Below the pieces are notes generated by a model. It did not search any database, was not told the DNA's origin, and saw nothing but the letters and a program-made list of their open reading frames with translations. From Nanobdellati archaeon (GTDB lineage Archaea; EX4484-52; GLR71), in contig JAHYJR010000005.1 in assembly GCA_019429005.1 (NCBI GenBank), positions 1-64,000 of the forward strand: 64,000 nt of DNA, written 5' to 3'. A program made the translations under genes and the position numbers. Of this stretch, positions 9,490 through 19,035 are shown piece by piece (position 1 is the first letter of the stretch; each line of letters starts with the position of its first letter).

Positions 9490-10869
9490 TTATGACTTTA
9501 TAAACTTTTTCAATGATGGATGTAAATCTTCTATATGTTGTGTTGCAATCTGTTCATATAATTGATAAATAATCATAACTGTAAGCAAAAGACCAGTTCC
9601 GCTTGTTAGAGCTCCTGCAAAATCAGAGAATGCTGCAAGGAATCCTACAAAAGCACCACCCATTATAGCTAAATTAGGTATGTATCTTTCAAGTATTGTT
9701 TCCATTACACGGATATCTCGTCTAAATCCAGGTATTTGCATACCACTTTGCTGTATTTGTTGTGCAACTTTATTTGAACCCATACCTGCACTTTCAACCC
9801 AGAATATTGAAAACACAACAGAGCCCAAGACCATAAAAATTGTATAAGTTATAACTCTTAATACCTCGTCACCGATTATATTGAAATTAAGTAAATTCCA
9901 TATAAAATTTGTTGGAGGTGAAAGGTAATGTACAAAACCGCTTATAGGTTGTCCTGTTTGACTGAATGTACCAAATATGGTTATACCTCTGTCATAAAGC
10001 AATTTTGACCATACTTTAATGTTAATAAGTAGTGCTGCTGTAAGTATAACAGGAAGTACATTTGTATAAATGAATTTTAATGGCCATTTTCTTCCAAAAC
10101 CACGAACAGATCCATATGCAAGAGGTATTTCAACTCTCATAGCTTGTGCATATACTACAATAACAAAAATAACTATAGTCATAAAAACAGGAAGTAATAG
10201 ACCAATATCGGGTGCTCCCGAACTGATACTTTTTATAAAATTTGGTAATAATCCAACAGCACTTTCTCCAGCAAGAGGCATAGTTCCAGATGATGTCATT
10301 GGACTGATTAATTTTAATATTATGTCTTTACTGATTCCAGCTGCAATAAATAGGCTGATACCACTACCGAAACCCCATTTACTAACGATTTCATCCAAGA
10401 ATAATATAATCCAACCACCTAATGCGATTTGAAAAATAATTAAAACTAAGGTCGTTGTTGCAAAATTGATAGGTTGCACTGCACCCATAAGTGTATACAC
10501 TACAGCTTCAACAACACAAAGAATAATAGATAATATCTTTTGAGTACCCTGAAACATGATTTTTCCATGATGTGTAGATGTATCCCATCCTAGAAGTCCT
10601 GTACCCATTAACATTTGTAATATAATACTAGATGTAACTATTGGTCCAATACCTAATGTGATTATAGTTCCTATACTTGCACCAAACAATGTTGACATTT
10701 CTTGAAGATAATGTATATTTGATGGACTTATACCCCAAATATAAATTTGAGACATGATAAAATATAGAAGTAGAGCTAATAATGTCCATTTAATTTTTTC
10801 TTTAAAAGAAAGTCTTTTTGTAGGAGGCATTACACCTGGTAGACTTTGTATTAATGTTTCATAATTCAC
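9490..10869 (-). CDS. secY: preprotein translocase subunit SecY
   Basis: LGIGPIVTSSII, KWGFGSGISLFIAA, QIPGFRRD, SGTGLLL. Confidence 0.98.
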   Translation of the reverse strand: MNYETLIQSLPGVMPPTKRLSFKEKIKWTLLALLLYFIMSQIYIWGISPSNIHYLQEMSTLFGASIGTIITLGIGPIVTSSIILQMLMGTGLLGWDTSTHHGKIMFQGTQKILSIILCVVEAVVYTLMGAVQPINFATTTLVLIIFQIALGGWIILFLDEIVSKWGFGSGISLFIAAGISKDIILKLISPMTSSGTMPLAGESAVGLLPNFIKSISSGAPDIGLLLPVFMTIVIFVIVVYAQAMRVEIPLAYGSVRGFGRKWPLKFIYTNVLPVILTAALLINIKVWSKLLYDRGITIFGTFSQTGQPISGFVHYLSPPTNFIWNLLNFNIIGDEVLRVITYTIFMVLGSVVFSIFWVESAGMGSNKVAQQIQQSGMQIPGFRRDIRVMETILERYIPNLAIMGGAFVGFLAAFSDFAGALTSGTGLLLTVMIIYQLYEQIATQHIEDLHPSLKKFIKS

Positions 10870-10907
10870 TTAAACACCATTCTTCTGGCTATTTATATTA
10901 TATTGTT

Positions 10908-11393
10908 TTATATTGCAGAAGATTCAGTTGCATCTTCTGTAATATTAAGATTTACTGCTTTTCCACCAGCAGCTTCTATCTTTTCAATAGCTTTTGCAGA
11001 AAAACCGTTTGCGATTATGTTCATTTTTGTTGTTATTTGTCCATATCCCAATACTTTTGTATAGCCTAGTGCAGATACATCTATTTCAAATGTATCTTTC
11101 ACTTTTTTTGCTAAATTATAATGTATATATGTCTCAAGTCTTAATTCAATATCATTTAGGTTGATTATACTATATTGTTGAACGACATTTGTAACTCTTT
11201 TAAATCCTTTTTCAGGACCTAATGTTATACCTTTAGAGCGAAGTTGAGCAACATTCTGCTGACCTTTCTTTCCAGCACCTGCATTACCACGACCACCTCG
11301 GCTTCCAGCACCTCGATGTTTTTTAGGACTACCCCAACCGTGAGTTCTACTTCTTCTTTGTCTTCGTACTTTTGTAATTTTGTTGACAACCAT
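10908..11393 (-). CDS. rpl15: 50S ribosomal protein L15
   Basis: THGWG..KKHRGAGSRGGRGNAG, KVLG.G, AIEKIEAAGG. Confidence 0.96.
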   Translation of the reverse strand: MVVNKITKVRRQRRSRTHGWGSPKKHRGAGSRGGRGNAGAGKKGQQNVAQLRSKGITLGPEKGFKRVTNVVQQYSIINLNDIELRLETYIHYNLAKKVKDTFEIDVSALGYTKVLGYGQITTKMNIIANGFSAKAIEKIEAAGGKAVNLNITEDATESSAI

Positions 11394-11413
11394 TATAATT
11401 CACTTATTATTAA

Positions 11414-11845
11414 TTATATCATTCTCTCGATAAGATCATTTATATCTTCGTTTCTATTACCGAGACCGCCTCTTAGATTGTATGTCTTTTTAACACCATT
11501 TGGACCAAAACCTTTTCTTGGTGGAGTTAACATAAAGACTGGTTTTATTTCAGCGTCGTTTATTTTCCCTTCAAGTATCATTTTTGTAATCTGATCAACG
11601 TTCTTTGCATCAACTTTTTTAGTTTTGCTTAATTTACCTCTTTTTTCTACAAGAGATTTTAATGTTTTTTCTGAAATATTACCCCACGTGAGAACATCTT
11701 TTGCATGTTTAATCATACCTTTAAATACATCATTATCAGATACTATAACACAATGATTAGGTTTAGTAAGCCTAAGCAATTGTAATGTTTTCTTAACATT
11801 ATAGTTTACGTTCACCGTACCCCGTACTCTAATTATCGCTATCAT
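11414..11845 (-). CDS. rpl30: 50S ribosomal protein L30
   Basis: IIRVRG, TLQLLRL, PPRKGF, INDLIERMI. Confidence 0.95.
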   Translation of the reverse strand: MIAIIRVRGTVNVNYNVKKTLQLLRLTKPNHCVIVSDNDVFKGMIKHAKDVLTWGNISEKTLKSLVEKRGKLSKTKKVDAKNVDQITKMILEGKINDAEIKPVFMLTPPRKGFGPNGVKKTYNLRGGLGNRNEDINDLIERMI

Positions 11846-12545
11846 GTATAATACCTTCCTTTATTCCATTGTTTTTGATAATATTTTCACTTAATTTCAT
11901 TTTATTTGCGTTTTTAAGCGCATTGAAAACAGCACGTATAAAATTGATTCTTGTTTGTGTAATTCCTCGTGATATTATCCATACATCTTTGACTCCAGCA
12001 AGTCTCAATATTTTTTTAATTTCATCAGATACAACAAGATTGATACCTTTTGGAGCAGGTAGTAAATTTACTTCTACAGAACCTACTTTTGCACTTGTTT
12101 TAAATGGTATTGAATGAGTGCCTTGACAATTACATTCCCATGAACCACATCCTCTTTTTATAGATATCAAATTAATTTTTGCTTTTCTTGTTGCTTTTTC
12201 AATAGCAGATCGTGTATTTTCACCAGTTGAATATCCAAGACCTATAAGTCCGTCTTTATTTCCTACAACAACCATTGTATGGATAGATCTTTTACGTCCA
12301 GATTTATGCATTCGAGTTGTTGCTTTTACAACAGACCTTTTGATACCACCACCTTTACCAGAGTGACCACCAATAAGCATGACTTCTTCACTTATATCAG
12401 GAACAAGATAATCGACTATTTCAGGTTCTCTTATTATATATCCATTTCTAAGTATAGTTTGTATGTCTGAGAGTTCTCCATTCATTACCTTCCGTCCTAA
12501 TTCGGTCTGAGGTATCCATTCTTCTTTAGCTTTTTCGTGTCTCAT
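11829..12545 (-). CDS. rps5: 30S ribosomal protein S5
   Basis: WIPQTELG, VVVGNKDGLIGLG, RGCGSWEC, HSIPFK. Confidence 0.97.
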   Translation of the reverse strand: MRHEKAKEEWIPQTELGRKVMNGELSDIQTILRNGYIIREPEIVDYLVPDISEEVMLIGGHSGKGGGIKRSVVKATTRMHKSGRKRSIHTMVVVGNKDGLIGLGYSTGENTRSAIEKATRKAKINLISIKRGCGSWECNCQGTHSIPFKTSAKVGSVEVNLLPAPKGINLVVSDEIKKILRLAGVKDVWIISRGITQTRINFIRAVFNALKNANKMKLSENIIKNNGIKEGIIHDSDN

Positions 12546-12567
12546 AATATCAACATTAACTATTATT

Positions 12568-13083
12568 TTATTTAAAAGACATTTTTAATATTTTGTCTTT
12601 TGTTGTTTCAAACTCTTTTGAAATGTTTGTTTTTTTATAGGTATCTATATGTTTTCCTGAGATTCTATCCTCTGTTGGAAGGTTGTTTTCAGAGTGAGGT
12701 ATATCCATACCACCATCAACAAGACCCTTTAATGCTGCGAAAACTCTTGAACCTTTAGTTGGTGTGTGAAGTCCAATATCAAGAACAACTTTTTTAATAT
12801 TTTTATCCTTAGCTTTTTTTGCAAGTATAAGTCCTGTAAGGTATGCACTTGGTATGTTTTTGATATTAGCACCAAATCCAATCGTTTTTAATTCTTTTGA
12901 ATTTGCACTTGTAATTACAATATCACCAATTTCATTATAATCAATAATTTGTGCAATGATAGCAGTGTTTGTAACTCTGATTACAGCTCTTTTTTCTCTT
13001 GAAAGCAGTAAATTAAGACGTTTCTTATAGTTAGTTTGACCTGTTCTTCGTCTTTTGAAACGTAATAGATAATTAGTTTTCAT
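12568..13083 (-). CDS. rpl18: 50S ribosomal protein L18
   Basis: RRRTGQTNYKKRL, NIPSAYLTG, FAALKGLVDGG. Confidence 0.96.
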   Translation of the reverse strand: MKTNYLLRFKRRRTGQTNYKKRLNLLLSREKRAVIRVTNTAIIAQIIDYNEIGDIVITSANSKELKTIGFGANIKNIPSAYLTGLILAKKAKDKNIKKVVLDIGLHTPTKGSRVFAALKGLVDGGMDIPHSENNLPTEDRISGKHIDTYKKTNISKEFETTKDKILKMSFK

Positions 13084-13087
13084 GTTT

Positions 13088-13648
13088 TCACCTTATACTT
13101 GTTTGTTTTTCAGTTTCAACTTTTCCATCTTGCGGTATAGTTGTATCTGCTGATTTAATTGTTTCTGTTTTGTTAATAGGTGTAGTTTTTTTAATAACTA
13201 CATCTTCAGGAATTTGCATTTTTTTTGCATATAATCTTAAGTGATTTTTATTTCTTAAGACATTACCTTTTGCAAGTCTGTATAATTTTGTATATTGTTT
13301 ACCTGTAATTATGTTTTTTTCCTTAAGTATTGATAATTCAGATCTTAATGATCTTATTTTAATCATCCATTTCTGTTTATCTCCAAGTCTTGATTTGCTT
13401 GTACCTTTCCTTTTACCCTGACCTTTTTGACGACCTTTTTTCTTTTGTTCGTTTCGGATTCTTATTTTAAATCGGCTTACACATTTTTTAGGTTTTATTT
13501 TTATAGCACCATCTTTAACAAGATTTGCAATATCTAGTCTAGTTATCGCTTTATTTATGTCTTCAATTTGTTCTGGATTAAACCAAACTCTATCTTTACC
13601 GACATTCAAATATCTTGCTGTTAATTCATGTTGCTGTCTTAGATTCAT
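13088..13648 (-). CDS. rpl19e: 50S ribosomal protein L19e
   Basis: GKDRVWFNP, AITRLDI, GQGKRKG, WMIKIRSLR. Confidence 0.96.
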   Translation of the reverse strand: MNLRQQHELTARYLNVGKDRVWFNPEQIEDINKAITRLDIANLVKDGAIKIKPKKCVSRFKIRIRNEQKKKGRQKGQGKRKGTSKSRLGDKQKWMIKIRSLRSELSILKEKNIITGKQYTKLYRLAKGNVLRNKNHLRLYAKKMQIPEDVVIKKTTPINKTETIKSADTTIPQDGKVETEKQTSIR

Positions 13649-13663
13649 CTTAATCACTAATAT

Positions 13664-13849
13664 TTAATTATTTAAAAGGTCCATCTCGTCGCCATCACTG
13701 AGTATCATCTCATTTGTGAATTCGGTATTACACCTTGGACATTCAAAAAAGGATAATGTTCCTTCTTTCTTTTTGTTTCCAATAACACCACATTTTGGAC
13801 ATTTTTTCTTACCAATATGTAAAAATGTTATGTAACTAGTCATTTTCAT
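13664..13849 (-). CDS. small zinc-ribbon protein inserted in spc operon
   Basis: CPKCG...ECPRCNTEF; ATG overlaps the rpl32e stop (TGATG). Confidence 0.75.
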   Translation of the reverse strand: MKMTSYITFLHIGKKKCPKCGVIGNKKKEGTLSFFECPRCNTEFTNEMILSDGDEMDLLNN

Positions 13850-14397
13850 CACTTTTTAGTATCTTTTGTTTTTGTCTCTTTTTTAACAGGTTCTTTTGCT
13901 TTTTCAGTTTTAATTTCTTTTTTAACAGTATCTGTTTTTTTAACAGTTTCTTTTGCTTTTTCAACTGTTGTATCTTTTTTAGTTTCTTTTTCTTTAAGTT
14001 CTTTTAGTTTTTGTAATGTTTTGATACCCGGATTAAGTATTCGAATTTCCATTTTTTTTGCTTCATTCATAATATCGATTCTTTTTTTAGTTCCAACCGT
14101 TCCTGCTATTCTTGCAACTTCTGTTTTAATATCAATATTCAGTAATTCTTTAACATTGTTTATAAGGATATCTTTATATCCAGATGCATGAAGACCTCTA
14201 ACCATTCTTGGTGAACTGTAAGATGGATGTGGCATTGAACCTCTTATTCGTTTTCTAATCTTATTATGTCTACCTGTTGGTTTTCTCCATGAACTACCAA
14301 TTTTTTTTCTTTGAATATCACTTCTTCTAAAAACAGGCTTTCTTTTATTAATTTCTTTTCTTTTTTCTAAAAAAGATTTGATTATTTCGCTTATCAT
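13849..14397 (-). CDS. rpl32e: 50S ribosomal protein L32e with K/E/T-rich tail
   Basis: KPVFRR, WRKPTGRHNK, SSPRMVRGLHASG. Confidence 0.95.
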   Translation of the reverse strand: MISEIIKSFLEKRKEINKRKPVFRRSDIQRKKIGSSWRKPTGRHNKIRKRIRGSMPHPSYSSPRMVRGLHASGYKDILINNVKELLNIDIKTEVARIAGTVGTKKRIDIMNEAKKMEIRILNPGIKTLQKLKELKEKETKKDTTVEKAKETVKKTDTVKKEIKTEKAKEPVKKETKTKDTKK

Positions 14398-14410
14398 AAA
14401 TATCACAGAC

Positions 14411-14938
14411 TCATGCTTTTTTTGTTATATATATACCATCTTTGAATACACGTCGATCTTTATTTCGTATTTTACAGCCTTGTTCTATATTTGCAGCAGT
14501 CTGTCCAACAGCGTATTTATCTGTTCCTGTTAATACTATATCTTCTTTTTTCACAACAATTTTTGTATTTCCTACAATTTTTGCATATCTGTTACCTTTT
14601 TCACCAAAAAGATTTTTTATTTCAAAAATATCATCTTTTAGGTTAGTTGTGATTGGAAAGTGTGAATAAACAACTTTCATTTCATATGTAAACTCGTCTT
14701 TAACACCAGTCATCATATTTTTGATTATTGTAGATAATGTACTAATTATACTATTTTGTTTCTTTCTATCAAGATCCGTACTTATTTTTATTTTATTATT
14801 TTTAAGATCTATATTGATATGAGGATTTGTAAAATTATAACTTGCATTACCTTTAGGACCTGTGGCTGTTAACATAGTACCTTCTTTTTTGAAAGTTACG
14901 CCTTCCTGTATTTCTATTTCGTTTTCAATACCAGCCAT
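14411..14938 (-). CDS. rpl6: 50S ribosomal protein L6
   Basis: VYSHFPI, KNLFGEK, VGQTAANIEQ, DRRVFKDGIYI. Confidence 0.97.
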   Translation of the reverse strand: MAGIENEIEIQEGVTFKKEGTMLTATGPKGNASYNFTNPHINIDLKNNKIKISTDLDRKKQNSIISTLSTIIKNMMTGVKDEFTYEMKVVYSHFPITTNLKDDIFEIKNLFGEKGNRYAKIVGNTKIVVKKEDIVLTGTDKYAVGQTAANIEQGCKIRNKDRRVFKDGIYITKKA

Positions 14939-14965
14939 TTAAATCACGTTTATTTATATTTATTA

Positions 14966-15355
14966 TTAATAGATGTACCCTAAAAGTACACCACCAATTT
15001 TATTTTTAACATCGTTATGTTTTTGTATACCATTAGATGTTGATATTATTAGTATACCAAAATCCATAGATGGTAGATATCGTTTCTCAAATTTTACAAA
15101 ATCATTTTTTTGTACCGAATGTCTTGGTTTGATTGCTCTACAATCATTTATATTTCCAAGTAAGTTTACTTTGAAATAACCACCTTTACCATCATCAATA
15201 CTTTCAAATTCACCGATATAACCAGATTTCTGTATAATTTTCAGTATTTCTGTTATTACTTTTGAGTTTGCTGGTTTGACTATACATTCGGATTTACCAA
15301 CCGCTTCTGCATTTTTTATTGTTGAAAATACATTTGAAAGATTATCAAAGTTCAT
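14966..15355 (-). CDS. rps8: 30S ribosomal protein S8
   Basis: GYIGEFE, AIKPR, EKRYLP..FGILIISTSNG. Confidence 0.97.
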   Translation of the reverse strand: MNFDNLSNVFSTIKNAEAVGKSECIVKPANSKVITEILKIIQKSGYIGEFESIDDGKGGYFKVNLLGNINDCRAIKPRHSVQKNDFVKFEKRYLPSMDFGILIISTSNGIQKHNDVKNKIGGVLLGYIY

Positions 15356-15366
15356 GTTTTCACCAT

Positions 15367-15594
15367 TTAATTATATTTTGAAAAGCCTAGAGTTTTTGCA
15401 ATTTCTTTGAAACATTGTCTACAATATTTTAAACCATATTTGTTTATAATACCACGACCTTTTCTATCACATTGTCTACATACTGATTGTGCTTTTCCGT
15501 AATCTCTTTTTATTGGTTTGTTATGTTTTTTGAATTTATTTATTTTATTTTTTTTCCCTTTCAATTGTTTCATAACACTTTTGTAATTTCCCAT
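15367..15594 (-). CDS. rps14: 30S ribosomal protein S14 (Zn type, N-terminally extended)
   Basis: CRQC...KYGLKYCRQCFKEIA..LGFSKYN. Confidence 0.93.
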   Translation of the reverse strand: MGNYKSVMKQLKGKKNKINKFKKHNKPIKRDYGKAQSVCRQCDRKGRGIINKYGLKYCRQCFKEIAKTLGFSKYN

Positions 15595-15613
15595 AACTAT
15601 CACATAATTTATT

Positions 15614-16147
15614 TTATAATATTTGGATACCAAGAGTATCTTTTATGAAGTTTTTTGCTTCCTCTTTACCGATCCTATGTTTTTTTGGTATTCTCTGTTT
15701 TTGAATTTTACGTCTTTTTATTCTATATCCAGCTCTTTCAAGTTTAACATTTATATTAAAACCTAATATACCTATAGCAGAATCATATTTTTCACCTGGT
15801 ATGTCTAAATATTCTTTCATACCGAAACTGAAATTACCCTCATCATCAAAATTAGATTGTTTTATTCTATTTTCTTTTGCAATAAGTACTTTTTTCAAGA
15901 ATTCAATCTTGTCAGCACCTCTTAATGTTACTTTTACACCAAGAATTCTGCCTTTACTAACTTTGAATGTTTTTGCTTTTCTTGTAGCTACTGTTTTTAT
16001 GGGTTTTTTACCTGTGAGTCTTTCTGCAAGTGTATATGCTTTATCTATATCTTGAATATTATTACCCATACCTATATTTAATACTACTTTACTTATCTTT
16101 ATATCCCTCATAGGATTTTCTTGAGTAGTTTTATTTTTTTCTGCCAT
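15614..16147 (-). CDS. rpl5: 50S ribosomal protein L5
   Basis: NPMRDIKISKVVLNIG, KVTLRG, FDDEGNFSFG. Confidence 0.97.
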   Translation of the reverse strand: MAEKNKTTQENPMRDIKISKVVLNIGMGNNIQDIDKAYTLAERLTGKKPIKTVATRKAKTFKVSKGRILGVKVTLRGADKIEFLKKVLIAKENRIKQSNFDDEGNFSFGMKEYLDIPGEKYDSAIGILGFNINVKLERAGYRIKRRKIQKQRIPKKHRIGKEEAKNFIKDTLGIQIL

Positions 16148-16168
16148 AATTATCACTTAATTCTTGAC

Positions 16169-16882
16169 TCAGAGTTGTTCAGGTATTTTTATTATTGCTT
16201 TGTCTTTACCTATAACAAATAAATAGTTTAACCTTGTTACAATCTTCTCCTTATTATTCAATTCAATTGTTGCTGTATTTGGGTTTGTACTGTTTGTTGT
16301 TTTAATTTCAATAACTTTACCAATTATACCTGTATGTTTTCCTTGTGTAATCACAACAGAGACATTTTGTTCAAGTATTAAGGTTTCGATAATTTTTTGT
16401 TCTGGGACTTTTATTACAACAGTATCTCCAGTTTTATATTTTTTAACATCATCTTTATTAACATTTAGATTTCGACCATCATGCAGATTTAATTGTAATA
16501 AATCTCCTTTTATGTATTTTTTATCATTTATTTTACATAATTTCAAATCTGATTCTTTTTCAGTAATATCTAAAAGATCTAGTTTACCATTAATTGGGAA
16601 TACTCTATATTGTTTTTTTGCATTTGGTATTGAAATTACATCCATAAGACCGCAAGGATATGCATAATCTTTTCGTATTTTTCCATCTACAAGAACTTTT
16701 CCATCATTTAAAATAGTTTTACTTTCTTTTGCAGTTTTTGCAAAATTTAATTTATCTCTAAGTATAATTTGTAAAGGTATACATTCATTTTTTTGATGAG
16801 GTCCACTTCTAGGTTGAACAGTATATTTGTATTCCTTTCGTTTAATAGGGTAATTTTTTGATGCGGATAGTCTTTTCAACAT
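16169..16882 (-). CDS. rps4e: 30S ribosomal protein S4e
   Basis: LKRLSA, PRSGPH, VDGKIRKD..YPCGLMDVI, QLNLHDGRN. Confidence 0.97.
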   Translation of the reverse strand: MLKRLSASKNYPIKRKEYKYTVQPRSGPHQKNECIPLQIILRDKLNFAKTAKESKTILNDGKVLVDGKIRKDYAYPCGLMDVISIPNAKKQYRVFPINGKLDLLDITEKESDLKLCKINDKKYIKGDLLQLNLHDGRNLNVNKDDVKKYKTGDTVVIKVPEQKIIETLILEQNVSVVITQGKHTGIIGKVIEIKTTNSTNPNTATIELNNKEKIVTRLNYLFVIGKDKAIIKIPEQL

Positions 16883-16899
16883 TTGGATCACTCATATTT

Positions 16900-17394
16900 T
16901 TATTTTGTTATTTCTACCTTTTTTTCAGATTTTGGTTTTGTTTCAGACACATTTTCTTCTCTAAACTTACTTGTTTTTTTAATATCTTTTGTATCCTTTG
17001 TTGTTTCTTTAGTCTTTTTATTTTTTTTGTTTAAGGATGCAACACGGAGCTTATCATTTAAGTTTAATTTTGTTATTACTAAATTGGATGCTTTTGTTGG
17101 AACATGATATTCTGTACCATTTACTTTATTTTTAACAATTCCTTTGATTGTAACTGTAGATTTTTTTACGTTTGTTGTTAGTACTTCACCCATTTGACCT
17201 TTAAAGTCGCCTCTTTTGATTATGACATCATCGCCACATTTTATACCGAAAGTTCTTCTTGTTGTGTCTTTTTGGATTTCTTTACTAAGATTAGCCTTAA
17301 GCATATTTCTTTTTATATGTAATGGAGCATTTGCTACATAATTTCTTTGTTTTGTCGGATTTTTGGAGGATTTCCATTTATTTGACCATTTCAT
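16900..17394 (-). CDS. rpl24: 50S ribosomal protein L24 with charged tail
   Basis: SKNPTKQR...NAPLH, GDDVIIKRGDFKG, ASNLVITKL. Confidence 0.95.
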   Translation of the reverse strand: MKWSNKWKSSKNPTKQRNYVANAPLHIKRNMLKANLSKEIQKDTTRRTFGIKCGDDVIIKRGDFKGQMGEVLTTNVKKSTVTIKGIVKNKVNGTEYHVPTKASNLVITKLNLNDKLRVASLNKKNKKTKETTKDTKDIKKTSKFREENVSETKPKSEKKVEITK

Positions 17395-17412
17395 AAAATT
17401 CATCTTCTATAA

Positions 17413-17811
17413 TTATATTATGATTCTTGCAATTTTACCAACAGCAGGGAATCTTTCAACAACTTCTTTAGCAACAATACCTTTGATTTCTTTACCCCTT
17501 GGTTCAAGTGTATCTTGTAATAATATAGCTGTATTTTCTGCAAATTTTATCCTGATTCCATTAGATCTTCGATATTCTGCTCTTTGAGTAACTATAACAG
17601 CTTTAACAACTTCATGTGCAATTTTTTGGTTTCCTTTTTTTACAGCACAGACTACAACATCACCAACACCTGCTTTAGGTTGTCTTCCACGTACGCCTCT
17701 ATAACCTCTAACAGATATGATTTCAAGCATTTTTGCACCTGTATTATCTATACATTTAAGTGCAGAACCTACTTTCAAACCTTTTACAGTTTTTGTGCTT
17801 ATTCCTTTCAT
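17413..17811 (-). CDS. rpl14: 50S ribosomal protein L14
   Basis: DNTGAK, AGVGD, FAENTAI, PRGKEIKGIVAKEV. Confidence 0.97.
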   Translation of the reverse strand: MKGISTKTVKGLKVGSALKCIDNTGAKMLEIISVRGYRGVRGRQPKAGVGDVVVCAVKKGNQKIAHEVVKAVIVTQRAEYRRSNGIRIKFAENTAILLQDTLEPRGKEIKGIVAKEVVERFPAVGKIARIII

Positions 17812-17842
17812 TAATATCAACTTATAATTATTTAATTTTTAT

Positions 17843-18184
17843 TTATAATTTGTCTATAATAACAAATGATTTTGTTTTACTTAATCGTCTACATTCGCCA
17901 AGTACAACCTTATCGCCTTCAACAACATTCATACAAGGTGGATTGTGTGCAACAACAAGAGTTTTATGTTTTTCATATCGTTCATATTTTGTTAAATATA
18001 TTACATAATTCCATTCAACAGTTACAGTATTTTGTGCTTTTGATGATTTTACAACACCTTCGTGTATTCGACCTCTAATCTTTACAGATCCATGAAATGG
18101 ACAGTTTGGATCATTACATGTCGTTTTTGGTGGATTTTTGATAGGTATTCCTATGTTTTTTACGGTATTATCATCTTTTTTCAT
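17843..18184 (-). CDS. rps17: 30S ribosomal protein S17
   Basis: CNDPNCPFHG, KYERYEK, AHNPPC, ECRRLSKTKSFV. Confidence 0.97.
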   Translation of the reverse strand: MKKDDNTVKNIGIPIKNPPKTTCNDPNCPFHGSVKIRGRIHEGVVKSSKAQNTVTVEWNYVIYLTKYERYEKHKTLVVAHNPPCMNVVEGDKVVLGECRRLSKTKSFVIIDKL

Positions 18185-18189
18185 ATCTG

Positions 18190-18480
18190 TCACCATGCAT
18201 TATCCCATTTTTTTGGCATTTTTTTTTTAATTCTTTCTTCAGGTCTTCCATAAAGGAGTTTCCCATTAATTTCAATTTTGTTATTATCTCTTGTTATTAT
18301 TTCAAAAACACAATTTTCTTTAATTATTATTATTCTTTGGGTATCTGTTTGTATTGTTATTGTTTTTTTTGTTTCATCAATAATTTTTCCTTTTATATTT
18401 AAAATCATGTTATTTGTTGATTTTATTATTTTTATTTCAAGACCTATTAACTCTGAACGTGGAAAATCTATGATTTTCAT
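18190..18480 (-). CDS. rnp1: ribonuclease P protein component 1 (Rpp29/Pop4)
   Basis: ELIGL, GKIIDETK, G..LYGRPEERIKK; conserved position. Confidence 0.93.
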   Translation of the reverse strand: MKIIDFPRSELIGLEIKIIKSTNNMILNIKGKIIDETKKTITIQTDTQRIIIIKENCVFEIITRDNNKIEINGKLLYGRPEERIKKKMPKKWDNAW

Positions 18481-18499
18481 ATGATATTCCTTTTATTTT

Positions 18500-18805
18500 T
18501 TATGAGATGATACTTTCCTCACGGAAACCCAATTCAATAAGTACTTTTTTAACTTCTTCAATATGTTCTCCTTGAAGACCAATTATACCTTTTTTTGATG
18601 TTCCGCCACACGCAAGTTTACTTTTAAGTTTTTTAGTAAGTTCTTTTAAATTAATATCTTTTTCATCAATCCCTTGGATTATTGTCATATGTTTACGGAA
18701 TCTTTTTTTCTCTAAATATATTTTTATTTTTTGGCTTTCTTTTGTAATTACCTCACATACACAAAGGTCTGAAGGTAAACCACATTTATTGCATATATCT
18801 TGCAT
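18500..18805 (-). CDS. translation initiation factor SUI1 (aIF1)
   Basis: CNKCGLPSDLCVCE, LKSKLACGGT, LQGEH. Confidence 0.95.
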   Translation of the reverse strand: MQDICNKCGLPSDLCVCEVITKESQKIKIYLEKKRFRKHMTIIQGIDEKDINLKELTKKLKSKLACGGTSKKGIIGLQGEHIEEVKKVLIELGFREESIIS

Positions 18806-18807
18806 TA

Positions 18808-19020
18808 TTATTTTGCCCCATTTGTTTGTTTTTCATTGTTGATTGTTAATATTCTTGCGATAGTTCTTTTAAGTTCTTTGATTCTTCCAGGATTATCAGC
18901 AACACCACCAACATCAATTTTACCCTTTTCTTTGAATAATTCAAGTTCAAATTCTTTGATTTTTGCATCAAGATCTTTATCGGACATGGATCTTATTTCT
19001 TTTGGTCGTAGTATTGCCAT
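18808..19020 (-). CDS. rpl29: 50S ribosomal protein L29
   Basis: EIRSMS, NPGRIKELKRTIARILT. Confidence 0.95.
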   Translation of the reverse strand: MAILRPKEIRSMSDKDLDAKIKEFELELFKEKGKIDVGGVADNPGRIKELKRTIARILTINNEKQTNGAK

Positions 19021-19035
19021 TTTAATAACCTATAT

